The position numbers and the translations under genes were made by a program. The notes below the pieces were generated by a model that made no database searches, had not been told where the DNA came from, and saw only the letters and a list, made by a program, of their open reading frames with translations. This document shows positions 62,397 to 64,000 of a stretch of DNA of 64,000 nt, in pieces (position 1 is the first letter of the stretch; the number at the start of each line of letters is the position of its first letter). Location: the NCBI RefSeq assembly GCF_943787955.1, contig NZ_CALSOK010000012.1, forward strand, positions 2,619 through 66,618. Direction: 5' to 3'. The stretch is from an uncultured Paraglaciecola sp. (GTDB lineage: Bacteria > Pseudomonadota > Gammaproteobacteria > Enterobacterales > Alteromonadaceae).

Positions 62397-62411
62397 TGGC
62401 TATTGTCCGGT

Positions 62412-63314
62412 TTACTTTTCACTGACCCAGTCCATTTGAAAATCTGCACGGCGTTTCTTATCCATCAACTCTTCTAAAAGTGGCATTAAGATAAGCTCCA
62501 TGGCCAAACCCATCTTTCCACCGGGTACGACTATGGTATTGATACGCGACATAAACGCACCATCAATCATTTTGAGTAAATAGGGGTAATCAACACTTTT
62601 CATTTCGTGGCGAAAACGCACCACTACAAAACTTTCGTCTTGGCTGGGTATTTCCCGAGCACTAAAGGGGTTAGATGTATCGACTGTGGGTACACGCTGA
62701 AAGTTGACATGGGTGCGTGAAAATTGTGGTGTGATGTATTTAAAATAATCGTCAAGGCTACGCACTATGCTGCTCATGACAGCTTCGCGAGAATGACCTC
62801 TGTCTGTGGTGTCCCGGACAATTTTTTGGATCCACTCCAAGTTGACTATGGGCACCATGCCGACTAGCAAGTCAACGTGTTTGGCCACGTCTACTTCGTC
62901 GTTGGCTACCCCGCCATGCAAACCTTCATAGAACAGTACGTCGGTGTTTTCAGGTAAGTCTTGCCATGGGGTGAAGGTCCCGGGCATTTGATTAAAGGGT
63001 ACGGCTTCATCAAAAGTATGCAGGTATTGACGATGTTTGCCCATGCCAGTTTGTGCATATTCAGTAAACAAAGATTCGAGCATTTCAAAATCGTTGGCTT
63101 TGGGGCCAAAATAACTGATGTGTCGACCTTGTTCTTGCGCCTTGCGGATCGCAACTTCCATTTCAGGACGTGTGAACCTATGAAAGCTGTCTCCAGCTAC
63201 TACCGCTGCATTGACTGACAAGTTACGAAAAATATGCCGTATAGCATTGGTTGTCATAGTTGTGCCTGCACCAGACGAACCAGTGATGGCGATTATGGGA
63301 TGTTTAACTGACAT
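62412..63314 (-). CDS. prkB: Phosphoribulokinase family protein (PrkB-like)
   Basis: IAITGSSGAGT, FYEGLHG, NLEWIQK, INFQRVPTVDTSNPF-like motif, VVPGGKM. Confidence 0.92.
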   Translation of the reverse strand: MSVKHPIIAITGSSGAGTTMTTNAIRHIFRNLSVNAAVVAGDSFHRFTRPEMEVAIRKAQEQGRHISYFGPKANDFEMLESLFTEYAQTGMGKHRQYLHTFDEAVPFNQMPGTFTPWQDLPENTDVLFYEGLHGGVANDEVDVAKHVDLLVGMVPIVNLEWIQKIVRDTTDRGHSREAVMSSIVRSLDDYFKYITPQFSRTHVNFQRVPTVDTSNPFSAREIPSQDESFVVVRFRHEMKSVDYPYLLKMIDGAFMSRINTIVVPGGKMGLAMELILMPLLEELMDKKRRADFQMDWVSEK

Positions 63315-64000
63315 TCAACGCACTTTGCTGCTTAATGGATGTCATTTATAAGCAAGCTTGCTACTCGGGTCAAGAACTAGTTGACTGAAAGAGTTACTGC
63401 TTTACTGTTTTTAAATCGGATCATTGCAATGTGGGCCTGCTATAACAGCCTTTTTAGTGTGACGATTATCCATAATGCTAAACATCATCCGGGTTTCATT
63501 TTGGTTAATATATAACCTATGCGCCGCCTTTCCAGTTCGCCCTATTCTTACAGAATCATTTTACCATCGTTATAAGTTTGTTTCACTTTCAGTTTAAATG
63601 TTTGTCACTTTGGATGAGCATGTCCAGAAAAATGTAATGTCAGGCTCAGTTATGATCAACAAAATACTCAGTGCAGCCAATAAAATTCTGTACTCTTACT
63701 TAAGGCATGCACTTACATCTTCATGGGATGGTCTGTGCAGCTAATATTGCCGGTGCAGTTCTATGTAGTGGCGAATTGGCTAGTCACATAGGGTTAGATT
63801 GACATGTGCATATTCACAATGCTCTTTATGACGTTCGTAGAATCGCGCAGGCACATAATCAGTGGATGTGACAAGGGCAGTCAAAGCTGTCTCTGTTTCA
63901 CACAAAAAGCACTATTTATTAGCTATTACTGCCACTATCACGAAATAAAATTCGCTATGCTGGGGTCATATCCTGTTCTATTAAGAGATAAAATATATAA

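Noticed and set aside
482-63218. Many short antisense or nested ORFs in the track (e.g. 495-791, 20504-20917, 21296-21715, 47093-47497)
   Set aside because: They overlap well-supported genes on another frame or strand and carry no motifs. They are shadow ORFs.
63400-63930. ORF-free stretch upstream of prk as an RNA gene or riboswitch
   Set aside because: No tRNA, rRNA or riboswitch motif was recognised. One minus frame looks like a heavily decayed gene, but it cannot be assigned.

Overview
This is a chromosomal window from an AT-rich marine gammaproteobacterium. An Alteromonadaceae (Paraglaciecola/Glaciecola-like) host is inferred from gene order and protein sequences, not from a database search. 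Core genes lie on both sides. Left (1-11.3 kb): trmA, fabR, fatty-acid desaturase, cysJIH, TIGR04219/DUF2333/PCuAC and a second pspA-pspC operon. Right (33-64 kb): fkpA, slyX, yheVSTU, cysQ, nudE, yrfG, a complete gspC-N type II secretion cluster, hslRO, envZ/ompR and prk. Between them (about 11.5-33 kb) is a mosaic accessory island with four parts. (1) A homoserine dehydrogenase/aldehyde dehydrogenase/Lrp module, bracketed by regularly spaced arrays of 24-25 bp GTCYGCT..AGCGGNC-type palindromes. (2) A dead one-cassette integron (attI, a sulfotransferase-like cassette, attC, and intI broken by a frameshift and IS66), itself bracketed by a 31-bp direct repeat containing one of those palindromes. 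(3) A GC-richer GAF-sensor remnant and a phosphoethanolamine-methyltransferase-like gene. (4) Two IS91/ISCR-family transposase 3' ends with oriIS-like termini. These flank a cargo of a heme c-fused PHM/DBH-type copper monooxygenase, a TlpA, a decayed permease-FG-GAP-ASPIC/UnbV fusion and a decayed exosortase. An IS3 and a frameshifted greB follow. Two apparently identical 2,317-bp IS66 copies carry 8-bp target duplications. Pseudogenes are unusually frequent, including in the core regions. The best candidates for something undescribed are the palindrome arrays at module borders and the cytochrome c-copper monooxygenase cargo cluster.
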